A DNA stretch of 64,000 nt from Salpingoeca rosetta (taxonomy: Eukaryota; Protista; Choanoflagellata): the NCBI GenBank assembly GCA_033442325.1, contig JAWQFM010000002.1, positions 25,174 through 89,173 on the forward strand, read 5' to 3'. This document shows positions 11,851 to 23,556 of this stretch, one piece after another. Below the pieces are notes generated by a model. That model was not told where the DNA came from. It worked only from the letters and a program-made list of their open reading frames with translations, and did no database searches. A program made the translations under genes and the position numbers. The number at the start of each line of letters is the position of its first letter. The stretch's first letter is position 1.

Positions 11851-13062
11851 TGAGAGAGCTTGCGTTGTTGTGCCCCATCGCTTGCCAGGGAATGGCCAGT
11901 CTATATTTCCCCTCTGCTCGCCCTTATCCCATCCTCTGCTCACTTGCGGTGTTGATGACAGGTGCTGTCAGTGCTGCAAGAGGAGGCAAGAGGGATTGAC
12001 CACGTCCACCTCGTCCTCAGCACGAAACACCTGAAGCGCCACGAAAAGTACCCAGCTGCGCACAAGCTTGAGGATCTGACAGGCAAGGACCCAGACGAGC
12101 TCGTCACATCCACGCACCACAGGGAAAGCCAGACCCCAGTGTCCGACCGCGTTGGCGATCTGTTCCTGCAGGCGCCCACGCAACCACCACCCGTCATGCC
12201 GTCTTGGCAGTTGCGCGACCACGAATGGCACCACCCTGCTTGGCGGCTCGACGATGCCTTTGATGAGCAGCTTCCATGGAGCGGGCCAAGTTCACATGGC
12301 GTGTATTCGGCACCCTTGCCACCAAACACCGACCTCTATCGATGGATTGAGAGTCAGATGGCGCCGGGCCTCACCCTGTCGCGCGTGGAGATGATCAAGT
12401 CCACCACAATGCTCGATGCCTTTCACACCGAAATGAAGAAATCGGCGACTCGTCGTGGTGGTCAAAAGCCCTTCAACAAGGACTTTGGGGCTGGCGATCC
12501 GGAGAAACAAGCCATGCTCGATCGGCTCAAGACGCAGTTTGCAGAAACACCCGACAGCGTGAAGCACGTCAATGTGCTGATTGGTTTCCACGGCTGTGAC
12601 GAGGCTGTCACCGACGACATCACCGCCGCGGGCACCGCCAACCTCAGTAACCCGAACGACCCTGGCTTCTTTGGTGCTGGCATCTACCTCACGCCGCAGG
12701 CCAATTACGCGGCTGGCTACTCGACACGCCTGCTGACTGGAAACTGGCGCGCACCCAACGCAGATGGCGAGCACGTAATGCTCCTGTGCGCTGCCAGCGT
12801 CGGCCTCGCATACCCGATCACCAGGAGTAAGGACTACCCATCGTCTGGGGAAAACAAGTGCAAGAAGTTCTGGGGCAAGAAGCTGAAGAACGGCTGCGAC
12901 ACCCATTATGCTCAAGTGACGAAACGCATGAGCTATCAATCCACCGACACGCCTGCCACCTTTGACTTCGAGGAGTATGTGGTCTCACAAGAGGCGCAGG
13001 TTTTGCCATTCGCCAAGGTGTTTGTCAAGGTGGACAAAACAGCACTCGCAGCGCAACTCTAG
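7967..13062 (+). CDS. Roco protein: RNI-type LRRs - Roc GTPase - COR - PARP-like ADP-ribosyltransferase (1162 aa, 11 exons)
   Basis: Exons 7967-8109, 8283-8366, 8501-8584, 8790-8873, 9105-9188, 9391-9474, 9638-9721, 9817-9915, 10006-11049, 11179-11776, 11962-13062 splice GT-AG into one 3489-nt open frame. LRRs of the form LxxNxIxxxGAxALAxxLKxNTTLxxL. Roc: GDCGIGKTT, HTPGI, YDFGG, VGTKRD. COR: YFHTRGDLLWY...VFVDPNWLL, FMLPSRV, LPPGFFPHVQ. ART: FHG, GFFGAGIYLT, MLLC, EEYVVSQEAQVLP. Confidence 0.92.
8283..9721 (+). repeat. Tandem exon+intron cassettes, one 84-nt LRR exon each
   Basis: Six exons of exactly 84 nt, all flanked by phase-2 introns. Introns 8585-8789, 8874-9104 and 9189-9390 are mutually similar (e.g. 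...catcatcgc(t/c)(g/c)tgcgtggcatca(t/c)accatcttgacag). Confidence 0.9.
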
Positions 13063-13106
13063 CCACATGTGTGCGCGTGTGTATGTGTGTCTGTCTGTCC
13101 GCCCGT

Positions 13107-13172
13107 CTGTCTGTTCATCTGCCCGTCCGCCCGTCTGTCTGTTCATCTGCCCGTCCGCCCGTCTATCTGTCC
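13107..13172. repeat. 28-bp tandem repeat just 3' of the Roco stop
   Basis: ctgtctgttcatctgcccgtccgcccgt occurs twice, with degenerate flanking copies. Confidence 0.7.
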
Positions 13173-13748
13173 ATCCTCCGTCTGTATGTCGACCTGCCCG
13201 TCTTTTCCTTTCCTTGCACCGTTCCCCCCCCCCCTTTGTTGTGTGGTGACACCGTTGCCCTTTGTGTTTCAGGGCCTTTCACATTGGCACTTTGCTCTTC
13301 TGTTCGTAGCATCGTTCTTTGAGACTCTTACTCCTTCACCCAAACCCTGCGCCACTTCACAACACCCTCTTCTTCGTGCCACCGATGCTGCTTCCCTTCA
13401 TTTGCCAAATACACAAGCACAAAACCAATGCGGCTCACAACACTCAGGCACTACTACTCACAACACTCAGGCAACAGACATGGCAAATACATCAGCTGCA
13501 AGTAACAGCGACCCCAATCATCACTTTGCGCTGTGAACCTTGACAAGCTCAACTCACGCATTTACTCAAGAGGGTGGACAGTGCGACAAGTGGATGCGCG
13601 ACACAAATCAAAGGAATGGAGAGCGACATCAAAACGACACACGAAGCAGAAGCGCAACGCCAGCTCCCCTATCGAAGCCAGAGAAGCCACAAGCAGCAAC
13701 CGTCCCCTCAACCTCACGCACGACCAACTTCCCGTTCACATCAACCAC

Positions 13749-16700
13749 TCAAGTAAACCCCATTCCCTGCACCGGCTCTTCTTGACCGCCACCACCATCA
13801 CCCCTGCCGCGAGCCAACAGCTGTTGCAGCAACTCGAGCGTGCGATCAACCTTCTCTTCTAGAGACTTGACTCGTTCGTCTACACCTCCAACTTTTGCGT
13901 CAAGCCTCTTGCTGAACCCAGTCTCCATACCCTCCACTTTCCCTTCCACACCCCCCATCTTCCTTTCTACACCCTCCACCTTGTCTGCCACCTCCTTCTT
14001 GAGGGCGTGCAGCACACCCTGCCACTGCACGCTGCCACCGTCACGGCCGACGCCGCTGCCCTTGGGCACGAGCACGTGCAGCCACATGGGGAAGCGTCGC
14101 GCATCCATCTTCCCCTCCAGCGTCAGCCACGCGTCCTGCTCCCGCAAGATGCGTGCGCGCAGCAGCTGGAACTCGATGTCTGCGCGGTCCTGGATGCGCT
14201 CGTACGAGTCTGACATGAGCGCAATCAACAGGTTCAGCAGCACGACGGGGACCAGCACCATGGAGATGACAAACAGGATGCGCAGCAGCACCACGTAGTC
14301 GCCGTCAAAGGTGTCCAGGTCAAAGTCCGCCAGCAACAGCAGGTTGAACATGAGCAGCAGCCCATTGGCTGGGTCGCCCAGTCCTTCAACCAGCAGCGTG
14401 GTATCATCACGCAGCAACAGCCGGAACGACGTCCACCCGGCCACGATGCTGATACCAAGCACCAACAGGAAGTAGCGCATGTCGAAGCAGATGGCCAGGA
14501 TAGTACAACAGCCCGTACCACCGCCAGGTACACCGCAAGCGCCAAGAACGCACGCGCGTGCACCCACCCAGCAAAGTACGTGCCCAGCACCACAAACACC
14601 AACACCACATTCGTCACGTCCAGCCAGTTCCAAAAGTCGAGCCAGTAGCCGTGCACCAACCGTGACTGCCGCACCTCCTGCAGCATGTCCACGCCAGCCA
14701 GCACGCCCAGCACCACCATGATCACCACTGACACGACATCGCTGCCGTTGTTGCTGTTGCTGCTGTTGTCGGCTGCACCCAGCAGCTGGGCCACGTCCTT
14801 GCCGCTGGTGTTGAAGACGAAGGTGAGGGCGGTGATGAGAGCGACAGAGAGCAGGTACCACGCCGCCTACCACAGGAACTGGCGCAGCCCGCTCGTCTGC
14901 CACTTGTACTGAATGACGGCGCGAACAATGAAGCTGCCAAACAGCTCAGCATCGCCCGTGTCCACCAGCGTCTCAAGCAGGCTGGAACCGTCATTCACAA
15001 ACCCAGCAGCACGCGGCAACGGCACCACGCGCGCCTCTGTCAGCGTGGGCGCTGCGTTGGCGTCTTGAAGCTTGGCCAGCTCACCAGACTCACGCATGTC
15101 GGCCCATAGGTTGCGGTTGATGTTGAGGGTGTTCGCGCCCATGACGATCATGCGTGATGACGGCAACTGGATCTCTGCCGGAGCGCCCACACGCGTCCGC
15201 ACGAGACCAAGGTTGTCGAGGAAAGCAGAGGCGATGGAGGGAAAGTGCTTGATGAGCAAGATCACGTCGGCCGTGAAGGCAGAGCCGAGCTTGGGAATGT
15301 TGAGGAATGGCTTGCTCAGCATGCGTCCGGCGTCGCCTTTGGTCTCTGTGCTGCGTGCTGTTGCGACAAAGAAGTCGGCGATGGTCTGGACGCCGTTGAC
15401 GTCCTTGGATCGCATGATGGCGGTGTTGAGCATGGATGGCTGCTCAACAAAGTCCACACACACCACACCTTCCATCATCTTCTTTGCCATGTCAAGATGC
15501 TTGGCAGTTGATGTCAGGTACGGCAATGCAGTGATATGTAGTCATCGAGTTTGTGCGCATCTGCGGGAGGTGTTGCTGGTGGAACAACAATGGGCACAAT
15601 GGCGTAGGGGCGGCATCTGGGGTCTGTCGTTGGGCGGAGATGGTGCAGGTCAAACTGCTGTGTGGGGATCATGGCGCGGTTCAGGGTCGGTCCCAGCGCC
15701 CACAGGGCAACCCTGCCTCGCGAAACGCTGCTTGAAACAGTAAGCAGGCGCTGGTGATCGCACATGGCCATGTCATCTGCTCTGTCATTGCGATGCAGTA
15801 TGGTACTGTGCTGTCCGGTGCTGTAGTCGCACTTGATCACGCTCTCAACAGAGTTGACGAACAAGATGCTGCTGTGACGGGCAAAGACGCTGTACTTGAC
15901 CGGAACGTTTCTGCTCACCTTGAGCTTGCTGAGGACCTTGCGGTTGGCGACGTCGCACACAACCACATCGCCTCGCGCAGTGCCAATCGCCAGCAGGCTG
16001 TCATCAGTTGGGTGCGTGGCCATGGTAGTGACGGTCATGTTGGCGTTTGGCTCTACCTCGTCCACAAACAAGTCATCCAACACCGCCACACGCGTCAGCG
16101 CACTGCTCACACCACTACTGCTGCCGTTTACGTGCTGCTGCTGTTGCTGCTGCCGCTGCTGTTGTTGCTGGTGATCCTGCTGGTGGTCGTCATGCTTCCG
16201 GTGTTCAATGACGTAGACGTGCAGTGTGTTTCCGCACGCGCTAGCAAGCTTGTTGCTGCTGTCCGCAAGCGCTGCAATGTGCGGAACACGAACGCCCGTG
16301 ACCTCTTTGGGTTGTGCCAACGTCGCACGACCAACACAAACGGGCGCATGTCGTTGTTGTTGCCGCTGCTGCTTCTGCTGTTGTTGTTGGCGCCACTGCT
16401 GCTGTCCCTTCATGTTGTGTTGTTGCTGATCGTGTGGATGTGAGGGTGCTGAGATCCCACACGCGCAAGTCGGTGGAGGTGGACGCAGTCACCAGGAAGC
16501 GGCCATCAGGGGTGACGCGCAACGCATCCACGGCAGTGCGCTATCGCTCCTTGCTCGCCGGTTCCGCCTCTACCCCTCTCGCTGCTTCTCCGTCCGCGTC
16601 TTGTATCGTCTCCTCGCCATTACCGACAGCATCGGCCCTCCACTCTGCAAGCAGGGTCGATGGCTGACCAAGCTGCCACAAAGAGATGACACCCGCCTTG

Positions 16701-17230
16701 TTGCCCGCGATGTACAGGGTGGGCGTGAGTGTCATGCAATGCGTCTAATGCGTGTGCTCGAAGGTGGACGGCACGACCGCCAGGCACTTGAGGTCTGGCA
16801 CGCGGTGCAGCTTGCACTCCTAGGGCACCTTCTGCCACCTCTCGATGACGCCATCGGACACGGCAGTGCATGCAAGCTCAGCGCCAGGGAAAGGATCCTC
16901 GAAGATGAGGGTGCGTTCAGCCTCATGTGCACCGAGGCCGCAGATGTTCACGCGGGAATAAGAGGGGCAGATGAGGTGCCTGCCGTCCTTGGTCCACACC
17001 ATGTCGGTTGCTGTGACGGGCACGCGCTGCTTGCACGCCAGCCTGTGCATGTCCCACACAAACGACTCAGCCACCAGCAGGCGGCCATCGGGACTGGTGT
17101 TGACGTAGGAGTAGCCGCCCTGCTCAGAAGGACAGCTGCCAGGAGGCCTCAGAGAGACGAGAGTAGGAGTGCGTGTCTGCTTGGCTGCTTGATGTTCTTG
17201 ATGTCCTGGGAAGACTGGTGCTGAAATGGA
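13749..17230 (-). pseudogene. WD40-repeat + TRP-family cation channel pseudogene
   Basis: WD-like segments (NTSPDGRLLVAES, VTPDGRFLVTASTSTDLRVWDL, HPTDDSLLAIGTARGDVVVCDV); pre-S1 IVRAVIQYKW; S2-S3 YWLDFWNWLDV; S6/TRP helix VLLNLLIALMSDSYERIQDRADIEFQLLRARIL; C-terminal coiled coil. In-frame stops at 14867, 16541, 16732 and 16820; frameshifts near 14500-14525, 15520 and 16420. Confidence 0.88.
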
Positions 17231-17669
17231 TGTGCGATGTATATTCGTGGTTTGTGTTGAGAGGGAAGTGTTGTTGGATGGATGAGTGGCTGTGTTGAAT
17301 GTGCTCGATGGTGTGAGCCAAAAGAACTGAGCCAACGCACGCAACGTGAACGGAACACGAAAGACAGGTCAAAGCACCAACAGAAGAGAAAGGAACAACT
17401 GTTGCAGTGGAAGAGCAGCAGTTTCAGGATGTACGTGTAGCACACACACACACACACATACACACACACACACATCACGGCTCACCGCTTGGTGTGGAGC
17501 TTGTTCTCCTCGCTTGGGTACTTGGTAGGGTGCACCTGAACATCGTCGCAGATGAGGCAGTGATGTTAGCATAAAACGACTGCACACAACCGCCACCACC
17601 ACCTCACCCCAAGCAACCGCCACCACCATCTAACCCCCAAGCAAACAAGGCACCCCACAGCCAGCCCAC

Positions 17670-18760
17670 CTTGCAGACGCATGCGTAGAGGTTGGTGGCG
17701 GCAATCAGAAACGCCTTGTGCAGCGGATTCTGCTGGATCAAACTCGAGCGCCTCGCGGAAGATCTTGTGGTCTTTGTGTCCAGCACACGCGAGGTGCGGA
17801 GCATGGAACGAGGCAAACACGCGATCAGTTGCGGTGTGGATGGTGCTGCCAGAGCGAACACCACACACACATACACGCACACACACACACACACACACAA
17901 ACACAGACACACACACGCACGCACGCACACACACACACGCACGCACACACACACACACGAGTCCTCACCTGACCAGAAGGGCTCTCCACTCTTGGTCTTT
18001 GCGGGGGAAGTTGGCGATGAGTTGCAGAATGACATCGCGGAAAAACGCGTGGAAGTCGCGCCATGCCAGCGACACACACGTCTCCATCGTCGGCTTCTCT
18101 TGCAGCTGAAAGAAAGAACGTGTCGGTGGTGGTGAAGGTACGGAGATGTTAACCCTCATAAGCAGGAAAGGGTGTGTCATCACATCCATCACACAATTAC
18201 CACACAACTACCACACGCTACCATCACCCTCAACAACAACAACACCAGCACCTGTGCGGCGAGGTCCTTGATGGCCTTGAGCGTGCCCACGCCGCGTTCG
18301 AGGGCGCCAATCCACTCACCGCCCACGTGCTGCTCAAACTTCGTCTCCAGCCCCGAGGTGAATCCCTCAGGATCCTCCAAGAACTGCTGCAGCTGCGACG
18401 CAGGGCTCACAAACAGGTCCGCGAACTTGGCCCGCGCCCACTCGATGCAGTGGTCAATGAGGTGTGGGAAGTTGTGCAGCGTGCACATGGGGATGCCGCC
18501 ACCTGAGAACAGAAAAAGAAGATGAAAGAAGGGATGTTGACTGATGATGAGGCAATGTGTTCGGGCGGGTTGAAACGGTTGCGCGAGCTACTCAAATGCA
18601 CACACGCACGTGCACACAGCACACATACCTGCTTCTGCGTCGCCGCCGTCGCTGCATGAGTTGGTGGTGTGCGGCACAATGACGTCGACGTTGGCGTCCG
18701 TGCCCATCGTCCCGCTCTCCAGCAGTGGCTTCTCGTACAGCACACACTCGCTGTCAACAG
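17670..18760 (-). pseudogene. Ubiquitin-activating enzyme E1 (UBA1/UBA6-like) internal fragment
   Basis: Exons VDSECVLYEKPLLESGTMGTDANVDVIVPHTT / IPMCTLHNFPHLIDHCIEWARAKF (catalytic-Cys motif) / ILQLIANFP..KTKSGEPFWSG / LEFDP..NPLHKAFLIAATNLYA. Frameshifts near 18005 and 17730; no N-terminal or C-terminal E1 exons recognisable. Confidence 0.85.
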
Positions 18761-18959
18761 GTTGTGTGATATTGTATGTCGAGGGGGGTTCGTGTGTATG
18801 GATCAAGATAGTAGGTGAGTGTGCATACAGTCGACTTGAAATCTCATCAATCGACGTGTTGTCTGCACACACACACACACGCGCGCGCACGCACACACGT
18901 ACACACACGCACGCACGCACGCACACACACACACACACAACACACACACACACACACAG

Positions 18960-20142
18960 CCGTCGTTGGCGCCGGCCATCCTAGACGCATTCTCAAATCT
19001 CAAGTACGAACACGACGTTGATGTTGGTGTTGTTGTTGATGACGTTGTGTATCTGCGGGGTGATCCTCAGCCACTAAAGAAGTTCTTGGATTGCGACGCA
19101 GCCATTCCGCCATCATCCCTCACCCATCTCCCCCTCCCACCCACACACACACACCACGACCACCCTCATCCACGCCCTTGCTGTGCAGTGTGGCGCCGGC
19201 ACGCCTGCGCCAGATCTGCGATCACGTGTTGAGCCAGCTTGGATCGTACAGCCCAGAGTGCCTTCAGTCGTCATCAAGTTTCTCATGCAGCAAGGTGGCG
19301 CTGTTGTTGAGGGGAGTGGCAGATGTTGCCGCAGTGTGTGATGGTGATCTCACATGTGCCTGCGTGCCTGCACGTGTCGCTGTGGCTTGTTCTCTCACAG
19401 CCGATCCCTCACATGCCTTCACACACACACACACGCACACATGCACGTTGACATTCAGCGGATGGAATGGACGTGAATCTGCTGACAGCGAACATGATCG
19501 CTGACTCCTCCACCATGCACACGGCGTGCTTGTCTGTGGTGGCTGCCATCAAGAACGGGCTGGCATTTGATGCGCGCATTGCAAAGGCGTGGCTGCGGCC
19601 AACTCAAGACTACCATGGCCCAGCCGATCACCGCCCTCGATCTGCTTGTGCTTGTGCTGCTGCTTCACCACCAGAACGCCCACCGCCGCGGCGCGGAGAC
19701 CACCGTCATCAAGCTTGCAAGCACGGGCCGGCTCACCGCTGCCATGGCTGCTGCCATGTTTGCCAGACACACGCGCGCGTTCTTGATGTGCTTCAAGTCG
19801 ATTGTGCACATGATCGACATCCTGAACCGGCGGCAGCCGCCACCTCGCCTCCACAGCAGGAGGTGGTTGGGGCGCTGGTAGCGCACATTGGCATGGGGTA
19901 GGCACAGGAGGTGGACGCAGCCACGCCTGTGCTGCTGCTGTCGCTGGCCACAGACCACCCGAAGCTGCTGCACTCGTTTGCGCTCATGTTGAACGGCATC
20001 CTGGACTGTCTGAGCAACCTGCACTTCATCCACATCTGGCAGCTCTTCCGTGTCCTGACCACGCTCACGTTTGACCGCCAGCGCATCCCCGCCGCAGGCC
20101 TCATCGATGACGAGAACGAGGATGGTGTGTGAGATTGAGTGA

Positions 20143-20232
<90 letters not shown>

Positions 20233-21460
20233 TCTTGTGCGTTGGGGAAGATGTGTTAACATAATGTCCTTCCATGAAGAGTGTCTCTCACCTGTTTCAC
20301 TCCACCACCACCACCACCATCCCTTCTGCATTGCACCCATGTACGGCAGCTGTCTCAATCGAACGAAGAGCTGAAACGCATCGACACCATCGCCGCCGCC
20401 ACCGTCACCCACACCTGGCTCGCTCTTGCCAACGACGCAGGCATCTCCATCGACGGTGCGTGCGTGCGTTCATGCGTGCGTGCGTTTGCGCCCTTGTCTG
20501 CACCCTTGTTTGCGGTTCACCTGAGTCCCCCGTGTGTACCTGTCGTGCTCCTTCTCATCCATCACTCACCCGTCTCCTCGCCTGTCCAACAGGCGACCAT
20601 CTCTCCTCGCTTTTGCAGGTATTGCAGCTCATCTATGTCGACAAGAGTGTTCAGCTGACATGCTCCGTTGCCACAACGTCTCCACATCCACGCCCAGCGA
20701 TTTGCCCGTCTATCGTGGCGTCGTTTCCTCCCCCCACCGCCAGCACCAACAACCATCAAGAGCAAGCACATCTGTCAGAATGCCATCGCGCCGCTTCAAC
20801 GGGGATGGCGGACTCACCATCGAGCCGCCGCCGCCGACGGCCGGTTGGGTTCAGGTCGCTCGCCGACCCCGGCAGGCACGTGTGGAGGGAGCCGGGACCC
20901 CAAGCGCACGTTACAACACCGTCAACACGATTGTGGTTTGCGCAGACGAACGGGTGTGCCCCACACGCGGGGGAGATGTACTCCAACTTCTCGCCTGAGT
21001 ACACGCGCGCCCGCGAGGTGGGCAAGGACACGCACGTGGTCGTCAGCGAGAAGACGCTGGAGGCGCCGTTCGAGACGAAGCTGACGCTGCTGTCGGGAAT
21101 TGCCGCCGTGTTCGCGGGCATGATGCGCAGCAAGACCGTCGTGGAGCTTCTCGCACGTACAGGGTTGCGGAAGCACGCTGCCGGGACGCGGACCTCTTCA
21201 CGTTCCTGATGGCGCTGCAGCCCATTTGTATGGTGGGACCTGTCGCTGGGGAGGGGCGACCTGAACCCGGAGGAGGGAGACGGTGGTGGAGGTGCAGCAC
21301 GAGAGTTGGGCGCATCGCCGATTGGCGTGGGCCTGCAGCGACGACTTGCTGTTCCGCACGGTCATGGACGGACAACGAGTCCAGTCTGGGCAACCCAGCC
21401 CTGCGACAAGGCTGCTGGCGTCGTGCACGCTGGGCAACTGAATCCGCTGCCGATGCCGCC
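18960..21460 (+). pseudogene. FANCD2: FANCD2 partial pseudogene, copy 1
   Basis: AILDAFSNL, VVIKFLMQQ, IAKAWL, QQEVVGALVAHIGMG*AQEVDAA...LNGILDCLSNLHFIHIWQLFRVLTTLTF and LSQSNEELKRI match FANCD2 as I recall it (QQEVVGALVTHICSG..EVDTALDVL..GILDYLDN..IRKLF..LSTLAF). Stops, frameshifts and missing internal segments; ends at an N gap. Confidence 0.85.
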
Positions 21461-21560
21461 NNNNNNNNNNNNNNNNNNNNNNNNNNNNNNNNNNNNNNNN
21501 NNNNNNNNNNNNNNNNNNNNNNNNNNNNNNNNNNNNNNNNNNNNNNNNNNNNNNNNNNNN
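21461..21560. other. Assembly gap (100 N)
   Basis: Run of n between the two FANCD2 copies. Confidence 1.
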
Positions 21561-21899
21561 GCACATGGCCGACATCCTGAGCCGGCGGCAGGAGGCCGCG
21601 TGCTTGCCACCTCGCCTGCACGGCAGGAGGTGGTCGGGGCCCTGGTGGCGCACATTGGCACGGGGCAGGCACAGGAGGTGGACGCAGCCATGCCTGTGCT
21701 GCTACTGTCGCTGGCCACAGACCACCCGAAGCTGCTGCACCCATTTGCGCTCATGCTGAACGGCATCCTGGACTGCCTGAGCAACCTGCACTTCATCCAC
21801 ATCTGGCAGCTCTTCCGTGTCCTGACCACGCTCACGTTTGACCGCCAGCGCATCCCCGCCGCAGGCCTCATTGACCACGAGAAGGAGGATGGTGTGTGA

Positions 21900-21946
<47 letters not shown>

Positions 21947-23270
21947 TGAGTGTGTGTGTGCATGAACTTGTGCGTTGGGGAAGGCGTGTTGGATAACATA
22001 ATGTCCTTCCATGCAGAATGTCTCTCGCCCTTCACACCACCACCACCACCACCACCAACACCACCACAATCCCTTCTGCATTGCACTGGGTGTACGGCAG
22101 CTGTCTCAATCGAACGAAGAGCTGAAACGCACCGGCACCATCGCCGCCGCCACCGTCACCCGCACCTTGTTCGCTCTTGCCAACGACGCAGACATCTCCA
22201 TCGACGGTGCGTGCGTGTGTTCATGTGTGCGTGTGTTCATGTGTGTGCGTGTTTGCGTGCGTTTGCGCCCTTGTTTGCAGTTCACCTGAGTCCCCCGTGT
22301 GTACCTGTCGTGCTCCTCCTCATCCCCCACTCACCCGTCTCCTCGCCTGTCCAACAGACAACCATCTCTCCTCGCTGTTGCAGGCATTGCACTTCATCTA
22401 TGTCGACAAGTGCGTTCAGCTGACATGCTCTGTTGCCACAACGCTTCCACATCCACGCCCAGCTACTGCCCATCCATCATCGTGGTGTCGTTTCCTCCCC
22501 CGCTCCCCAGCACCAACAGCCATCAAGAGCAAGCACATCTATCGGGATGCGTGAACGGGGATGGCGGACTCACCATTGACCCACCGCCACCACAGCCGTT
22601 TGGCTTCAGGTCGCTCGCCGACCCCGGCAGGCACGTGTGGAGGCCGCCGGGATCCCCAAGCGCACGTTCCAGCACAACAACACCCTCAACACGATTGTGG
22701 TTTGAGCAGACGGACGGGTGTGCCCCACACGCGGGAGGTGTGCTCCAACTTCTCGCCCGAGGACGCGCGCGCGCGAAGTGGGCAAGCACACGCTCGTGGT
22801 CGTCAACGAGAAGACGCTGCAGGCGTCATGCGAGACGAAGCTGAAGCTGCTGTCGGGGATTGCCGCCGTGTTTGCGGGCACAGTGCGCTGCAAGACCGAC
22901 GTGGCATTTCTCCGCACGTGCAGGGTTGCAGAAGCACGCTGCCGGGACGCGGACGTCTTCTTGTTCCTGATGTCGCTGCAGCCCTTTGTATGGTGGAACC
23001 TGTCGCTGGGGACGGACAACCTGAACCCGGAGGACGGAGACGGCGGCAGAGGTGCAACACGAGAGTTGGGCGCATCCCCCGACTAGCGTGGGCCTGCAGC
23101 GACAACGTGCTGTTCCGCACGGTGGCGGACAACGAGGACAGGCTGGCGACCCAGCCCTCCCGACAGGCTGCTGTCCGCCGTGCACGCTGGGCAACTGAAC
23201 CCGCTGTCGATACCGCCGCACGTTCCCGTGCTGATGGAACTACTTTTCCACCGGCCGCACCCTGGAGCTG
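21561..23270 (+). pseudogene. FANCD2: FANCD2 partial pseudogene, copy 2 (diverged tandem duplicate of ~19805-21460)
   Basis: RQEVVGALVAHIGTGQAQEVDAAMPVLLLSLATDHPKLLHPFALMLNGILDCLSNL. Exons and introns are collinear with copy 1 but differ by many substitutions and indels. Confidence 0.85.
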
Positions 23271-23556
23271 ATGCGTGGATGGGTTGAGGGAAGTAGACCT
23301 GTTTGGTTGACGTGTGGCGTGGTAGGTTGTTTGCTCGTTGCTTGTCAGCCGGTTGGATCGCGTAAAGAGTTTACTAAAGTGTCAAACAAGCAACGTCAAG
23401 CAAGTCAAAGCAAGGGGAAAGCATGTATGTGAAGGAAAGAACGACAACACACGCAAACCCTCACTTCTGACACACGCTCTTCACGCAGGAGTAGATGCAG
23501 AGGAAAGGCAAAGCAGCAACAAGACATGGACAACAAAGCACAAGCACAGCACACAG

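Noticed and set aside
13749-23270. Stop-codon reassignment or RIP-like mutation to explain the in-frame TAGs
   Set aside because: The same loci also have frameshifts and deletions, and intact genes here end in TAG; too few aligned sites to infer a mutational bias.
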